NCBI GenBank assembly: GCA_002269645.1
Contig: NIVC01001079.1
Location: 252,504 to 316,503 of the forward strand
Direction: 5' to 3'
DNA from: Macrostomum lignano
Lineage: Eukaryota
DNA: 64,000 bases
Shown here: piece by piece, positions 1 to 17,299 of the stretch
How positions within the stretch are numbered: position 1 is the first letter of the stretch
Layout: every line of letters begins with the position of its first letter
The notes under the pieces: model-generated
Told to the model about the DNA's origin: nothing
Database searches by the model: none
The model's input: the letters and a program-made list of their open reading frames with translations, nothing else
Program-made: the position numbers and the translations under genes

Positions 1-5039
<5,039 letters not shown>

Positions 5040-6501
5040 AATTCGATACAGAGCAGGCCTACTTATATAGAAGTTACATGAAGGCTCGAAGATTTGCGTC
5101 TAATTATTAATCTATTTTTCATAAAAAAAAGAAATAGAAAAATACTAAAATTACTGCAATTTTAAAGTTTTGGAATGACTAATTTGCATTCTAATTGTTT
5201 ACAAGCAATATTTTATACAGACAGTAGTAATTATCATTTGGGTCGCAGATCAAACTCCAAGTCACAGGCGAGTGTACATGTCTGACGATAAGAAAGCCAG
5301 GGCTGTTGTACACTCTGTGTGAGCTTGTGTACGAGTGCGTGACTGCGTACAGGATCGGTGCGCTTGCGTCAGCGAAATGGGCAGAATTGTGGGACGATGC
5401 CAGATCTAAGAAAAGAGTTTATTGTTAAAGATCAAAGAAAAAATTCTTGCTTTTCCAATTTCATAACCTAAGCATTCTATATTAATTAGAAGAAACAAGC
5501 AATATAGACAGAAAGGAAGCTGTGATGTTACTTAGAGTCAATTGTTTATATAGTAAACTTGTAAAATTCACTTTTGTGACCATTCTGCAAGCAATCTATG
5601 TTTGTACATAGCCTCTGTGTTTATGTAGCTTATAAATAATGTCATTCTTAGCAACTAGAGCCAAATTCATACTGTATACTCTTTCATGTATTCACAAATA
5701 CAATGACACAGCTGTTCTCAAGACTCAATTTATCATACAAAAAACATTCTTGGTCCAAGCCTTGAGGCATATGTAATGGAAGAAGCTGGTAAATCTATAG
5801 TAATTGGTCATGATTCTGAAGTGGCAAGGAGGAGGGGCAGAAGTAGAGGGGATAAGTAAAGGTGGCTACTACAACTTGCAAGAGTAGAGTGGGCAATGAC
5901 AATTGAAAAATTGAACTCAAGATCTATAGCACATTGACATACTATAATGTCAAAGAATGTTGCATATATCTTGCTATTTGAATTAGTGAATATCAGTTTG
6001 CCAATTGGGTTTTTGGCAATTTGACTTTTGGAAAAAAGGTTTTTGGCAAATTGTCCATTATTCATTACTAGTTAGCCATAGTTAGGAAGGTATCCTATAT
6101 GCCAGAATTTTATAGTGTGCATTAGCCCTTTATAGTTCATTGGCATGCATATTTGGCATGCTTGAATCTTAAAAAGTTGTATTTGGTATATAAAAAATAT
6201 TATACAAAGCTATTTGAAAATAGGTATAAGTATCTACTATCTTCTAGTTTCTATAAAAGGTAAAGAATTTAGACACCACAACTTAGCGGCAAATCTAGAG
6301 GGGGGCCTCTCAGCCATGGCAAAGTTCTTTTCGCTATTGTAAGTTTCACTATTATATAAAATTTATTAATAGCATCTTGGACAAGAGACACTAGCCATCT
6401 ATTAACCTATAGTCTATAGTGAAGAAGAATGACAAGTTTCAGAGTGCTGTCATGCTCACAAGCTGCAGAGCATTACTTAAATCAAATAGACTTTTGCAAA
6501 G

Positions 6502-7285
6502 ATGGCCGCATCAACTTTGTTCACTTAGTTTGATGTTCGGAACATCATCAAGTTTGGAGTTTTGGCTGGAAAATTGGCAACTGCAATTCATGAAGAGCTT
6601 GGAGAAGTTTTGAGAGAAGAAGCTCTATCAATTCAGACAATGTGCAAGTGGGTTCATGAGGTCCAGGGAGGGAGGCTATGCATGGAAGATGAAGAGCACT
6701 CCGGAAGGCTGAGAATAGCAACAACTGATGCAAATTCCGAGCGTGTGAAGGATGCCATGACAGAGGACAGCAGGCCAGTTGGTACCAAGGTGAATGCCAA
6801 ATATTACAAATGGATCCTGCAGGAGAAACTGCAACCAGCAATCAGAAAGAAGCAACCTGGCTTGCTGGAGAGAGGCATCATTTTTCATCACGACAATGCA
6901 CCTGTGCACCACACCAGAAGAGTGGAAGAGCTCCTGGAGTCCTGGGACTGGGAAGTTCTGCCTCAGCCGCACTATTTGCCTGACTTAGCTCTGGCAGGCT
7001 TCTACATTTTCCCAAGGATGAAGGAGAGTCTTCATGGTCAATGTTTTGCCTCGGTGGAATAGATTAATAACAGTGCTTCATTAGCTCTCTGGCATCTGGC
7101 CATTGGTGGTTGCAGCCTTGCCTTTGAGGTGTGGGTACGCCGCTAGCAGAAGTGCATTGACCTTGGTGGCAAATTTGTAGAGTAACTATGAGTTCATTTT
7201 GCAGTTGCAAAGCTTTGTTGATTTTTGGGTCACTAGTTTGTCTTTTATAGCATATTGAAACTTACTTTTGGGACAGCCCACATAA
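6502..7285 (+). mobile_element. Degenerate mariner (Tc1/mariner) transposon relic
   Basis: ATG 6502 to TAA 7185 in one frame with in-frame stops: DVRNIIKFGVLAGK...SIQTMCKW (HTH region), VNAKYY...FHHDNAPVH...WEVLPQPHYLPDLA (HDNA and YSPDLAP-like motifs), ...RR*QKCIDLGGKFVE. A TIR-like TTTTGGGACAGCCC lies at about 7266-7279; no matching 5' TIR was found. Confidence 0.88.
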
Positions 7286-8137
7286 ATGCAATAGTATAAA
7301 GACAATAACATTTATTTATATAGTATGAAATATAGAATAAATTAGGTCTATAAAATAATCAAGCACTATTTAATATTCATATAAACTGATTGAAAAAAAC
7401 TTGATATTTGATTCCACTTGAATTATTTGGCTCAAAAAACTTAACTAAGTATTTAACTTTTTCTAAATCCAAGCTTAGTTGGACTCTAGTAATACAAACC
7501 ACAGGGTTAATTTTGAGGGAACTTTGTCAAAATAGAATTAGACTTTGTAGCCCAACTACTAGTCAAGCTATGCTAGGCCTAGTCTGTATATAAAAGGATA
7601 AAGCAAAAATAGCAATACTTATAGACAGGACAGATTTAGAGGAGGGGAAGATAGAAGTAGAAGAATGGGCTTCCCCCCTAAAATGGCTTGATGGAACATA
7701 TTGACATTGTTTCCAAAAACCAAAATTTGTATTTGTGCCCCCTAAATTTGATTTATTGCTCTTCAAATTCATTTTTTGCATCTCTAAGCTTGATTTTTTT
7801 GCCCCTTGTATACATTTTTATAACCCTAAGCCCTAGGCCCTAGTTTAATAATTAGTATCTTTTATACTCATCTTGGCACCCAAAACTTGGACTACACTCT
7901 CCCATCCTAAAAATTAATTCTAGATTTACCATTGCTTGTAGATCCAACAAAGCAAGGTTAGAATTGAGCTGATTTCAGATTTTATATAAATACAAATGAT
8001 TTCAGCACCTTGGGTTTTTTTAGTATGCAATTAATATGTATATATATATCCATAATTATAATCTTAAATTGAACTAGAAGCCAGAATTTACACATAATGA
8101 AATTCACTATAGGCTTATTGAACCCTCTACTCTAGTC

Positions 8138-8325
8138 AAGCGCTCATGCTTGGGCGCAAACTAGAGATTCACCCGGCCATTTCTATTGGCAACACACACA
8201 TGTAAGTTGCTATTGGACAAAATATTGGTCACGTGACTGCTCTTAGCCAATAGCGACTTACATGTGTGTGTTGCCAATAGAAACGGCCGGGTGATTCCCA
8301 AGGTTGCGCATGTATGCAAGCGCTT
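8138..8325. repeat. Palindromic MITE-like hairpin
   Basis: TCACCCGGCCATTTCTATTGGCAACACACACATGTAAG (8169-) pairs with CTTACATGTGTGTGTTGCCAATAGAAACGGCCGGGTGA (-8294); weaker pairing extends to the outer AAGCGCT/AGCGCTT. Confidence 0.85.
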
Positions 8326-8337
8326 ATTTAAAATTAA

Positions 8338-8577
8338 ATAGTGACCCTAAATTTTCAAATTGCACCTTGAAACTAAAAAAGTGGATATAGTTTAGGTGTG
8401 GTCTCATAACCTTTTTTTCTTTTAAGCCCTATTAGTATTTGCACTGCTTTAACATAACAAAAAAGAGAAATTGCACTCTGAGCCTTAAAATTGCACCCTG
8501 AAATAGGCCCTACCGCCACCCTAGGGCCTAGGCATAGGGAGCAATTTTGCACCTTGTCTTAGGTGAAAAAAACACAG
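8338..8577 (+). mobile_element. 5'-truncated copy of the CAGGGTTTT hAT-type MITE family
   Basis: Shares CCCTAAATTTT...GCACC and GAGAAATTGCACTCTGAGCCTTAAAAT blocks and an A-run end with the copies at 9193/14584 and 11715-11968. Confidence 0.7.
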
Positions 8578-9498
8578 TTTAACACTAGGCTCCAGGCCTT
8601 TTTAGGCTTTTATTGGAATCTCGTCTAAATTACTTTGTTAGGCCTACCAAACTCCCCCAGCCAGTTGACAAAATTGTTGCATTGTCAAAATTGAAGCTCA
8701 ATCTGTCCATACTGATTGTAGCTTTTGAGTGCCTAGCCATAGTTTCAATATTGAAGAGGAGTTGGTCAGTTCTCAGTTTCCAAGTTTTCTTTTTCAAAAT
8801 CAAGGGTGAAATAGTGTAGCGTAGTATGCAAATATAATATTAATAGGGGCCTAAATAAAATTAGGACCTAGTTGAATTTCTGTTCCTATACGTTTGTGAC
8901 AATGTTGATATTAATCCTTAAACATTAGTCTTTATGCATTGCATTATAATTTTTTCATTGCTGTATATAACATACAATGATACAAATAAAGGAAATATAA
9001 AAAAAAAGAAATAAAGGAAATTTGAATTTGACAGTTTGTTTTATCGTATGGTAGTATATGTTGATTGTTGTCTTTATATGATAGGTAAGTTAGCGTATGG
9101 TTCAATCGCTAATCTACTGTTCCCCTCAGTTTTTGGCAATCTTTTATTCGTATTTTTCAGGTGGTTGCATCCTAAGTTAAAGTTATCACATTCAGGGTTT
9201 TTTTTTTGTGCGCAGAGTGTGCGTATGCACCCTAAATTTTAAAATCGCACCCTGAAATTAAAAAAGTAGGTGCGGTTTAGGTGCGGTCTTATAACCATTT
9301 TTCTTTAAAGGCTTAACCATGCTTAAGCTATTTTTTATGCACTGCCTTAAAATATGAAACAAAATAACTCTTTAAATCCTATTAAGTCATATAGGCGATA
9401 TAGCCTATAGCTATAGCCTTATGTAAGATATTAAAATATACATTCCCAGTTGTCTGAAATGTGAGCAATGTGAGGGTTTCACGAGAGATATTCAGACA

Positions 9499-9871
9499 AA
9501 GGCTCCCTAAAACACGCCCCGCACCGGGCCCCGAACTGCTACACATTATAACATTTTTTGTCAATGCAGTATTTGATTGCAAGGAAAAGTTAAAATAGTA
9601 ATGGAATAAATATCTTTATTTATTTTTTTAAATATTATTATTTTTTATATTCTCGTTTTTATTATTAAATTATAATATTATTATTTTATTAATATTATTA
9701 TTAATATCACTTATTGTTCACCGAATTTTATATTTCAAAGTAAAAAAAACTAAATTTAATAAAAACTTGAAGCTTAACAGAAAACGCATTCTGAAGTGTC
9801 TTTAGTTATAGTCCAATTTGTTTTAATGTGTAGCGCTGCAGGGTGGTGCGGGGCGTGTTTTAGGGAGACCC
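9499..9871. mobile_element. 373-bp MITE with 9-bp TSD (Mutator-like)
   Basis: TIRs ..CTCCCTAAAACACGCCCCGCACC / GGTGCGGGGCGTGTTTTAGGGAG..; ATTCAGACA duplicated at 9490-9498 and 9872-9880; the empty site is visible in the opposite arm (about 14440-14477); AT-rich interior. Confidence 0.88.
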
Positions 9872-10334
9872 ATTCAGACAGACATTCAAAATGATTGTCT
9901 GTAACTTCAAACAAAATTGACCCGCTTCAACCATCTTTTTGGCAAATACTTACGCAAGTGTTGGGCGTCAAATAAGCTTTAATTTATTAACTGAAGTAAA
10001 AATCCTTCTGACATACATTGATTTAAAAATTGCTTAGCAACACTAGCTCTGATTAGAAATCGCTTTACTGTTGACTAAAATTGTTTTGATCGTAGCAGCC
10101 TAAAAGCAGATACTGGATTTAAAAATGCTTCGATTTACTCTATACGCATGTCTCAGCTTTAAAATGACACCTCAGGCGTCGCAAAAGACAGCTTTGATGC
10201 TGAGATATTCGACACTAAACATGCATTGCTTTGCGCAATCTCACATTCAGAAATTTCACTGATTTTTTGTCGATATTTGTGCAGTTGCCATGTCCTTGTT
10301 TTTCATCAGAATCTTATCAAATTCTAGTCATGTC

Positions 10335-10478
10335 TATACGCATGTCTCAGCTTTAAAATGACACCTCAGGCATTGCAAAAGACAGCTTTGATGCTGAGAT
10401 ATTCGACACTAAACATTGCTTTGCTCAAACTCACATTCGGAAACTTCACTGATTTTTATTCAATATTTGTTCAGATGC
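10335..10478 (+). repeat. Diverged tandem duplication of the inner part of the left foldback arm
   Basis: Repeats 10141 to about 10285 (TATACGCATGTCTCAGCTTTAAAATGACACCTCAGG...) with substitutions. Confidence 0.85.
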
Positions 10479-10743
10479 TTGTCTACTTCTCCATTTATTA
10501 ACCATCACATGGAGCCTTGCTAACGTACAAGTGTATGTAGTTACAGTAAATGGGGTTTTTGTGACTCACTTAAACTTGTTTACGCATTCTACAGCTATTC
10601 GCCGCCTTTCATTGGAGTGATTCATGGAGTCCAGTTGATAAATTTCCACAAATTGGACTGCTTCTACGTCAGATCTCAACATTTGGAACCGTCCTTGAAC
10701 TATTTCAGAGTTAAGTGAGCTAATGGCATCAAATGGAAGGCTA

Positions 10744-13267
10744 CCCAGTGAAAAAAATGATATGGATTCCATGTGGATTTTTCATATGAAATCCATATGT
10801 GCATTTGTCTCCGTCCATCCATGTGGAATCAAGATATGGATTCCACATGGAAGATCCACATGGAAGTAATTATGTATTTCACATAGAATCCACATTGTCA
10901 TTGAGTAAGCAGCCATTATACTGGTTGCCATAATAAATTGTTGCATCCTAAATCACAAAATAATACCAGATCTTAAAATTTCATACGAACCCCAGATCTC
11001 AATACCATATAAAAGAAACTGAAACACAGATAAAAACACTAGCTATAGCCAAAAATATTTCTGCACAAAAATATATTCAAAAAGGATGTCTCAATAAGTA
11101 AGGTGTATTTATGTACAGTAGTGAGTCACTGGCACACAAAGAATAAAGACACTGATGTAGATATTGATATCTTTAAAGTTGCGCTGCGCATATGATATAA
11201 TATATAATTTGAAATTGACATTGTCAATAGCATTAATTAATTAACAATAATATAATGCACCAGAATTAAAACAGTCAGAAACATGCTGCTGCCAATTGCC
11301 AGAATGCTGCTTCTTCAGGTCAGGTGAGCAACCTTAGAAAAGAAAGGGGTTAAATAACAGAATTTTATAACAGATTGATGACAGATTTTGTAATAGATTT
11401 TGATAGATTTTGATCATATAACAGATTTTGATGACAGAAAAAAATCAGTTTATAACTAAAACTTACCATTGCTTCACAAAAGGTAGCATTCTAGATATTA
11501 AATTCAAATTCCAAGTAGCTTTGCATGCTTCTTCAAAGGCAAGACCAAGGTGACATCCAAGTTTGAGGATGGGCCATGTAATGTTAGGCATGCATGAAAT
11601 AGAAAAATAATTGTTGCCAATTAAGATTGGTAGATTATATTGATATAATTCATAAAACTAATTTAAGGATGAATACTTAATAAAGTTTATTTTAAAATTA
11701 ACTAGGCCTAAGTCCTAGGTTTATTTTTTATGCGCAGTGTGCATATGTACCCTAAATTTTAAAATGACACCTTGAAAATTGAAATTAAAGAGTGGATACA
11801 ACTTAGGTGCGATCTCATTACCTATTTTTCTATTGAAGCCTTATTTGCACTGCCTTTATATTAGAAAAAAATTGTATTCTAAGCCTTAAAATCATAAAAC
11901 CCTAAAAGTGAGCATAGGCCCCTAGGGTATGATTTTGCCACTTGTCTCTAGCAAAAAAGAAAACCCTACCTAAGTCAATCAATAAAATTACCAATGAAAT
12001 AATAAGTACAAAAAAAATTAATATATGTTTCTATAAATTTAATTTTTTATTTTAAAATTGATTTTAGACTATAAAGTATTTAGGCAATGCAATGCACGTT
12101 TTTTATATTTGCTAGCCTAGTATGATTTAACATTAGGCCTAAGCCTAAATAGCTAGGCCTATGCCCTATGGCTATTAAATACTAGACTTGGCCTAAATCA
12201 GATCAAATTTACAATAATCATTATTTATTAATAATAGCAACCTTAGGGATCTGCTAGGCTAGCTATGCCAAAAGCAAGTTGCAAGTGTAATTGTAGAATT
12301 ATTTATTACAAATATTGTTTTTTAAAAATGCAACAAGTTTAAAAGATGCTAATAGGCTTTTTTGAAGAAAATCATAAATTAATAGATTTTTAACAGATTA
12401 ACTAGATTGACTAGTCATAATTCACAAAGTCAAGCTAGTCCCAACCTTAATTAAAATAGAAGGACCTAAATTGATAGTTATAGGCCTAGCTTAAAATAGG
12501 CGTAATAAGCATACATATAAATAGATAGGTAGGACTAAGAGGAAATTATGAACTTCTAAAGGCCTATTTAAGTTAAAAAAATGAGTAGCCAATCTATGGA
12601 CATGGCCATGGGATTCCTAGAAATTGGATAGGCCTAAATAAATTTATCATGGATTTTACCAAAATTATTAGGCCTATCTATGATAAAATACTGATTTATC
12701 TAATTTCTAATCCCATGGAGGCCATGGTCTTATAAGTTATTGCCTATAGGCTAGGTCTACTAAATTTTTTAAGGTGCTTAAATAGCCATAAACAAGGCAA
12801 TTTATCTTTCAAGGCCTTGAACCAAGACATTGACGAATATAAAAAAATTAATTTAATTTTAAAAAGCACGAAACATTTTTTATTGTTCACTTCTATTTTG
12901 TCTATTTTAACAAACAGTGTCTTATTTGCCGATTATAATTTAGCTTTAAGATATTAATTTTTACTTAAAAGCATATAAATATAATAATTAATTTTAGTAA
13001 TTTCATAAAAACGTCTGAATGTGGTGTATCACAGTTTTCTATCGAAGTGGATTCCATGTTGAATCAATATACGCTTATTTCTCATGAATTCCTTGTAAAA
13101 TCCACATCAACATTAGGACAGTAAAAATAAAAAAATAATGCATAAAAAATACTTTGCATACCATTATGTCATCTTTAAGTCATTAATTTGCAAAAATTAA
13201 AGAAACATTTAAATTCCACATGGCCACGTGGAACCCACGTGGAATCCATGAATCATTTTTCACTGGG
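10744..13267. mobile_element. 2.5-kb non-autonomous TIR DNA transposon (CMC/EnSpm-like), flanked by TA
   Basis: Termini CCCAGTGAAAAAAATGA..ATGGATTCCATGTGG / CCACGTGGAATCCATG.ATCATTTTTTCACTGGG; TA on both sides (10742-43, 13268-69); clustered CCACATGG-type subterminal repeats at both ends; no transposase ORF. The superfamily call is inferred. Confidence 0.8.
11715..11968 (+). mobile_element. Full-length 254-bp copy of the CAGGGTTTT hAT MITE inside the 2.5-kb element
   Basis: Degenerate TIRs CTAGGTTTATTT / AAAAGAAAACCCTA; perfect 8-bp TSD CCTAAGTC at 11707-11714 and 11969-11976. Confidence 0.85.
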
Positions 13268-16201
13268 TAGTGCTCGTACTTGTAAGCGAAGCAGGTTCAC
13301 AATTGAAATGGTTGTATTCATGGCCATGGGATCTAAACTGATCTGTTTTACTTTCACGATCGCTTTGGTCTCAGAAGGAGCAGCAGTTGATGGACTGAGG
13401 TGAGAAGAAGATGTGTCACGACTTGAGCTGTTTTTAGAAAATATCTTTATCCAATTAAATATTTTCATGCGGCTCCTTAGGTTGTTCCGAATTCCGAGTC
13501 TAGAAGTCAAGACAGAAAAAAAGTTAAGAACTGCTACTGTAGTCCGTAGGGATTGGAAAGCTTAGCAGTACATTAGAAATCGCCTGTTCAATCTAAAAAG
13601 TTTGAAGTACATATAGCTATTGGGTTGCAACAACAGTAGAAAAAATTCTTTTTATTTTATTCCCACCGCTTACCTCATTCCGATTTGGATAGCAGAATTG
13701 CCACGCAAAAAAAGTAAAAACATAACAATAAACTATTTGCTTCATATTAATTGCCACTGACTGTTAATAAACGCGACGTCAATTTCTCTCAATAACAGTT
13801 GGAACATGTTTCTTGTACACTCGTATATTTATTTGAACCGCAAAGCGGTGAAAAAGTCATGATTGGTTGCCATATGTACAAATGTACACTCACAGACTCA
13901 CTGACTCAGGTACAATCTATGCAATATAAAGGCAGGAATCATTAAAAATCAAATACTTAAGACAGTTTAAGAGAAGTCCAGGTTTAAACTGGACATGACT
14001 AGAATTTGACAAGTTTCTAATGAAAAACAAGGACACGGCAGCTGCACAAATATCGACAAAAAATCAGTGAAATTTCTGAATGTGAGATTGCGCAAAGCAA
14101 TGCATGTTTAGTGTCGAATATCTCAGCATCAAAGCTGTCTTTTGCGACGCCTGAGGTGTCATTTTAAAGCTGAGACATGCGTATAGAGTAAATCGAAGCA
14201 TTTTTAAATCCAGTATCTGCTTTTAGGCTGCTACGATCAAAACAATTTTAGTCAACAGTAAAGCGATTTCTAATCAGAGCTAGTGTTGCTAAGCAATTTT
14301 TAAATCAATGTATGTCAGAAGGATTTTTACTTCAGTTAATAAATTAAAGCTTATTTGACGCCCAACACTTGCGTAAGTATTTGCCAAAAAGATGGTTGAA
14401 GTGGGTCAATTTTGTTTAAAGTTACAGACGATCGTTTCGAATGTCTGTCTGAATATCTCTCGTGAAACCCTCACATTCTAAACAAGACTCAAGAGAAATT
14501 GCACTCTGAGCCTTAAAATCGCACCTTGAAATTTGGCACAAGGTGCGATTTCGCACCTTATCTCTGGCGAAAAAAAAAACCCAGATCACATTTACTGCAG
14601 ATTGCTGCTACATGCTCCTCAGTCGCGTTCAATACTGATGAAACTATAAGCTGTTCATATTTTCGCGAAACTTTCTAAGAAAATATCATCAGGTAAAACA
14701 AATAGCAAATCCACTTAGAATCCAGAAATCATTCTTGTAGCACAAAAGTCAAAGTCGCTGGCTTTGTTTTTTCTTTTTATGTTTATAAAAAACAGAAAGT
14801 GAAAGAAATTATTTTTCCTTGTACATGCATACTTCCATTAATTAGCATGTTATATATTTATTAACGTGCTGGCACTGGAGGCGCAGCACTGCCGATGGAG
14901 GGAAGTGGAACCGTGATTTGGTGGTCTGTTCATCCCTCATCCCATCGAATTTTTAGAATTAGATCAGCGCATTACTCTTAGCTCCTAAATCTCACGAAAA
15001 CATATACTGTACTAAAAAATTGTGGTCTCACCCCCTTTAGAGGGACGGGATGGTGATCCCTCTGCTGCCCCCTTGCGCCACCATGCACTGCTTTTTGGAT
15101 TTATTTTCATATAATAACATGTATCTAAAATCGAGTGATTTTTACTGTGTTACTTTCCAATAGGAATTTAGCTAGATGCAGTGTCACATCACCACAGAGG
15201 CAGAGGGTTGCGGGATTGCGTAGCCAGGGGGCGGTCGATCTGAATGATGAATCAAAATTTAAATCGCACTTTATAAAGGTTTATCCGTAACTCGCTGCTA
15301 CATTTTAGTTACTTTATAGAATTATGTTTTATTTCTGTTGGATATTTTATGAAAGCGCAGCGTGCAAAGCTAGTTATATATAATATGTAAGACAAATCGG
15401 CAAAATGCATAGATACAAAATGATTTCAAGTTGCATGTCATGACACCTACATGTACATAACAATTGACACATTAAATGTTAAGGACATGCAGAGGGCCAT
15501 AAAAATATTTTGTTTTGAACAGATGGATTCTCCATAAGTTTTAGTTTACACATTCAGTTGGTTTTGGCTTTGTGGAATATACATATGACTTGGAGGACTC
15601 ATTGAGATTATAGCGTGTAGAAGACGAACAGGTCCATTAACAATACTGCAAAACTGAAACATTGTAAATCGGAATTGGCAGTATTATATAATAATTAGGG
15701 AAGAGTTAACAATAGACAGAGATTGCCATCTGAGTAGTGTGACTTACTTGACTTGAGGTGAGTGTAAGAGAAAAGAGTAATGGAAGAGGGAAAGGGAGAG
15801 AGGAAAAAAGATACTGTGGATGAGTAGGCATGAGATGAGGGGAGAAATCGTAGAATTTGAATGAAGTGCTGACCTAGAGCTTACTGCATGTAATAATCAT
15901 ATAGACGAGTAGTCTATATAGCAGCAATACATGATTAGCAATCAAGAATATGGAGTCTTGAGTCAATTTCTGAATAGCAGGCTGTAGCAGTGAGACTATG
16001 CCCCAACCATCCTACTGATAAGTGCTAACGATTAACGATTCAAATATTTCTACTTTATTCACTTTTTTGTTAGACACCTACAAAGAAGTTTTGCCTTTGT
16101 TATATAAAAAACTTGCTTTCTGACGTACAGAGATGGCGCAAGGAGGTAACTCAACAGACTGAATTGTGAAGCAATTTGTGTGATTAAAAAAGTCTTTACT
16201 C

Positions 16202-16678
16202 TTAACTCTTCTCATTATTACCAGTCCTTGATTCGCTTGTTGCTGTCTCAACTGCAGTCAGAGTCTCAACTGCAGCATCCAACTCGTCCTCATCGTCACT
16301 CTCGACCATCGCAGCTGCAGCAGCCTGATCGCTGGAGTCTTCTGAGCTGATAACACTGCTCGCAGCCTGGTGGGACCATGACTGCTGCCGCTGCTGCAGG
16401 CCGCCGCCACTCGCGGCCAGGTAGTCAGCCAGTTCGGCAATGTACGTCTGCGCCAGCCGCAGCACCTCGTACTTGGAGAGCCGCTTCGCCTCGCTGGCGG
16501 CCGGTAGGACTCGGCGCAGCCGGTCGAAGGCCACGTTCAGCGAGGCCATGCGGCGTCTCTCGCGCTCGTTCGCTGCCCGTCGACGCTGATGTCCGTCTCG
16601 GTCTCCGGCGCCGCCGCCGCTGTCGTCATCCTTGCCGTTGCCGACTGAGCAGTTAACAAACTTTTTCTGAACCTCCAT
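16202..16678 (-). CDS. Atonal-family bHLH transcription factor (Atonal/ATOH1/ATOH7-like), single exon, 158 aa
   Basis: [47 protein letters not shown]; LSKYE and AQTYI are typical of the Atonal class. Confidence 0.88.
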   Translation of the reverse strand: MEVQKKFVNCSVGNGKDDDSGGGAGDRDGHQRRRAANERERRRMASLNVAFDRLRRVLPAASEAKRLSKYEVLRLAQTYIAELADYLAASGGGLQQRQQSWSHQAASSVISSEDSSDQAAAAAMVESDDEDELDAAVETLTAVETATSESRTGNNEKS

Positions 16679-17299
16679 GCGACAGACAGTCTGTTGTTGC
16701 TTCTATTATTAGTTTCCCGAGAACTCTACTGCTTTGTACAGATTGGGGATCGGTCTTACATGTCCAGTCTTGTTAGCTCTGCCAGTTATCTAAAAAGAAG
16801 TCTTTCGAAAAGGTTTTCTCTGGGGTTGGGGCTAACGAAGCTGTTTGATTGGTCAGCGACCACCGGACCAGCCCCGTTCGAGTCTTCGCTCAACCCCCCG
16901 ATTCCCGCCAGGAGCCAGGCCAACCCCAACAGCCTCAAGTTTTAAGCAGACTTGGACTGTAGTCTCGTCTAGGGACCACTTAAATAGTTATACGGATTGG
17001 AAAACCTGAACTCGTTAAGCCCGGCGCAAGATCGAGTTAACATGACTATATATTATGGTATAGTACACTAGTACCGATCCATCCCCTAGGGTCAGGGAAG
17101 CCTCTATGGTCGCTGCGCTTCCCAGGGACCTGCTTGGGTCCTTTAAAACTTCACAATAATAGTCCTACTTTCTCAAGATTTATGTCTCTTCTCAGCTCTC
17201 TTCTGCTCCCTTTCTTATCCCCCTTCTCTCCCCTCTCCTCTCTTCTCTCTCCCTCCTCCCACCTCTCTTCTCTTATCTTCCCTCTCCTCTCTCTACCAT

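Larger units (their letters stand above)
9467..14477. mobile_element. Foldback-like element with about 490-bp inverted arms (9467-10334 and 13992-14477)
   Basis: The right arm is the near-exact reverse complement of the left arm once the 9499-9871 insert and one TSD copy are removed. The outer boundaries and TSD were not resolved. Confidence 0.85.
9193..14584 (+). mobile_element. hAT-type MITE split by about 5 kb of nested insertions
   Basis: TIRs CAGGGTTTTTTTTTT (9193) and AAAAAAAAAACCCAG (14584); perfect 8-bp TSD ATCACATT at 9185-9192 and 14585-14592. The 5' half (9193 to about 9365) and 3' half (about 14491-14584) together match the short copies. Confidence 0.9.

Noticed and set aside
10570-13499. 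Exon-like segment (acceptor at 13500, GTGAGT donor at 10569) interrupted by the 2.5-kb element
   Set aside because: Rejoining the empty site with one TA gives no continuous frame (stop shortly after the junction in one frame, upstream TGA in the other) and no recognisable protein.
16845-17000. TATTTAA and CCAAT motifs upstream of the bHLH gene
   Set aside because: Spacing and order are not convincing in AT-rich DNA; not supportable without TSS data.
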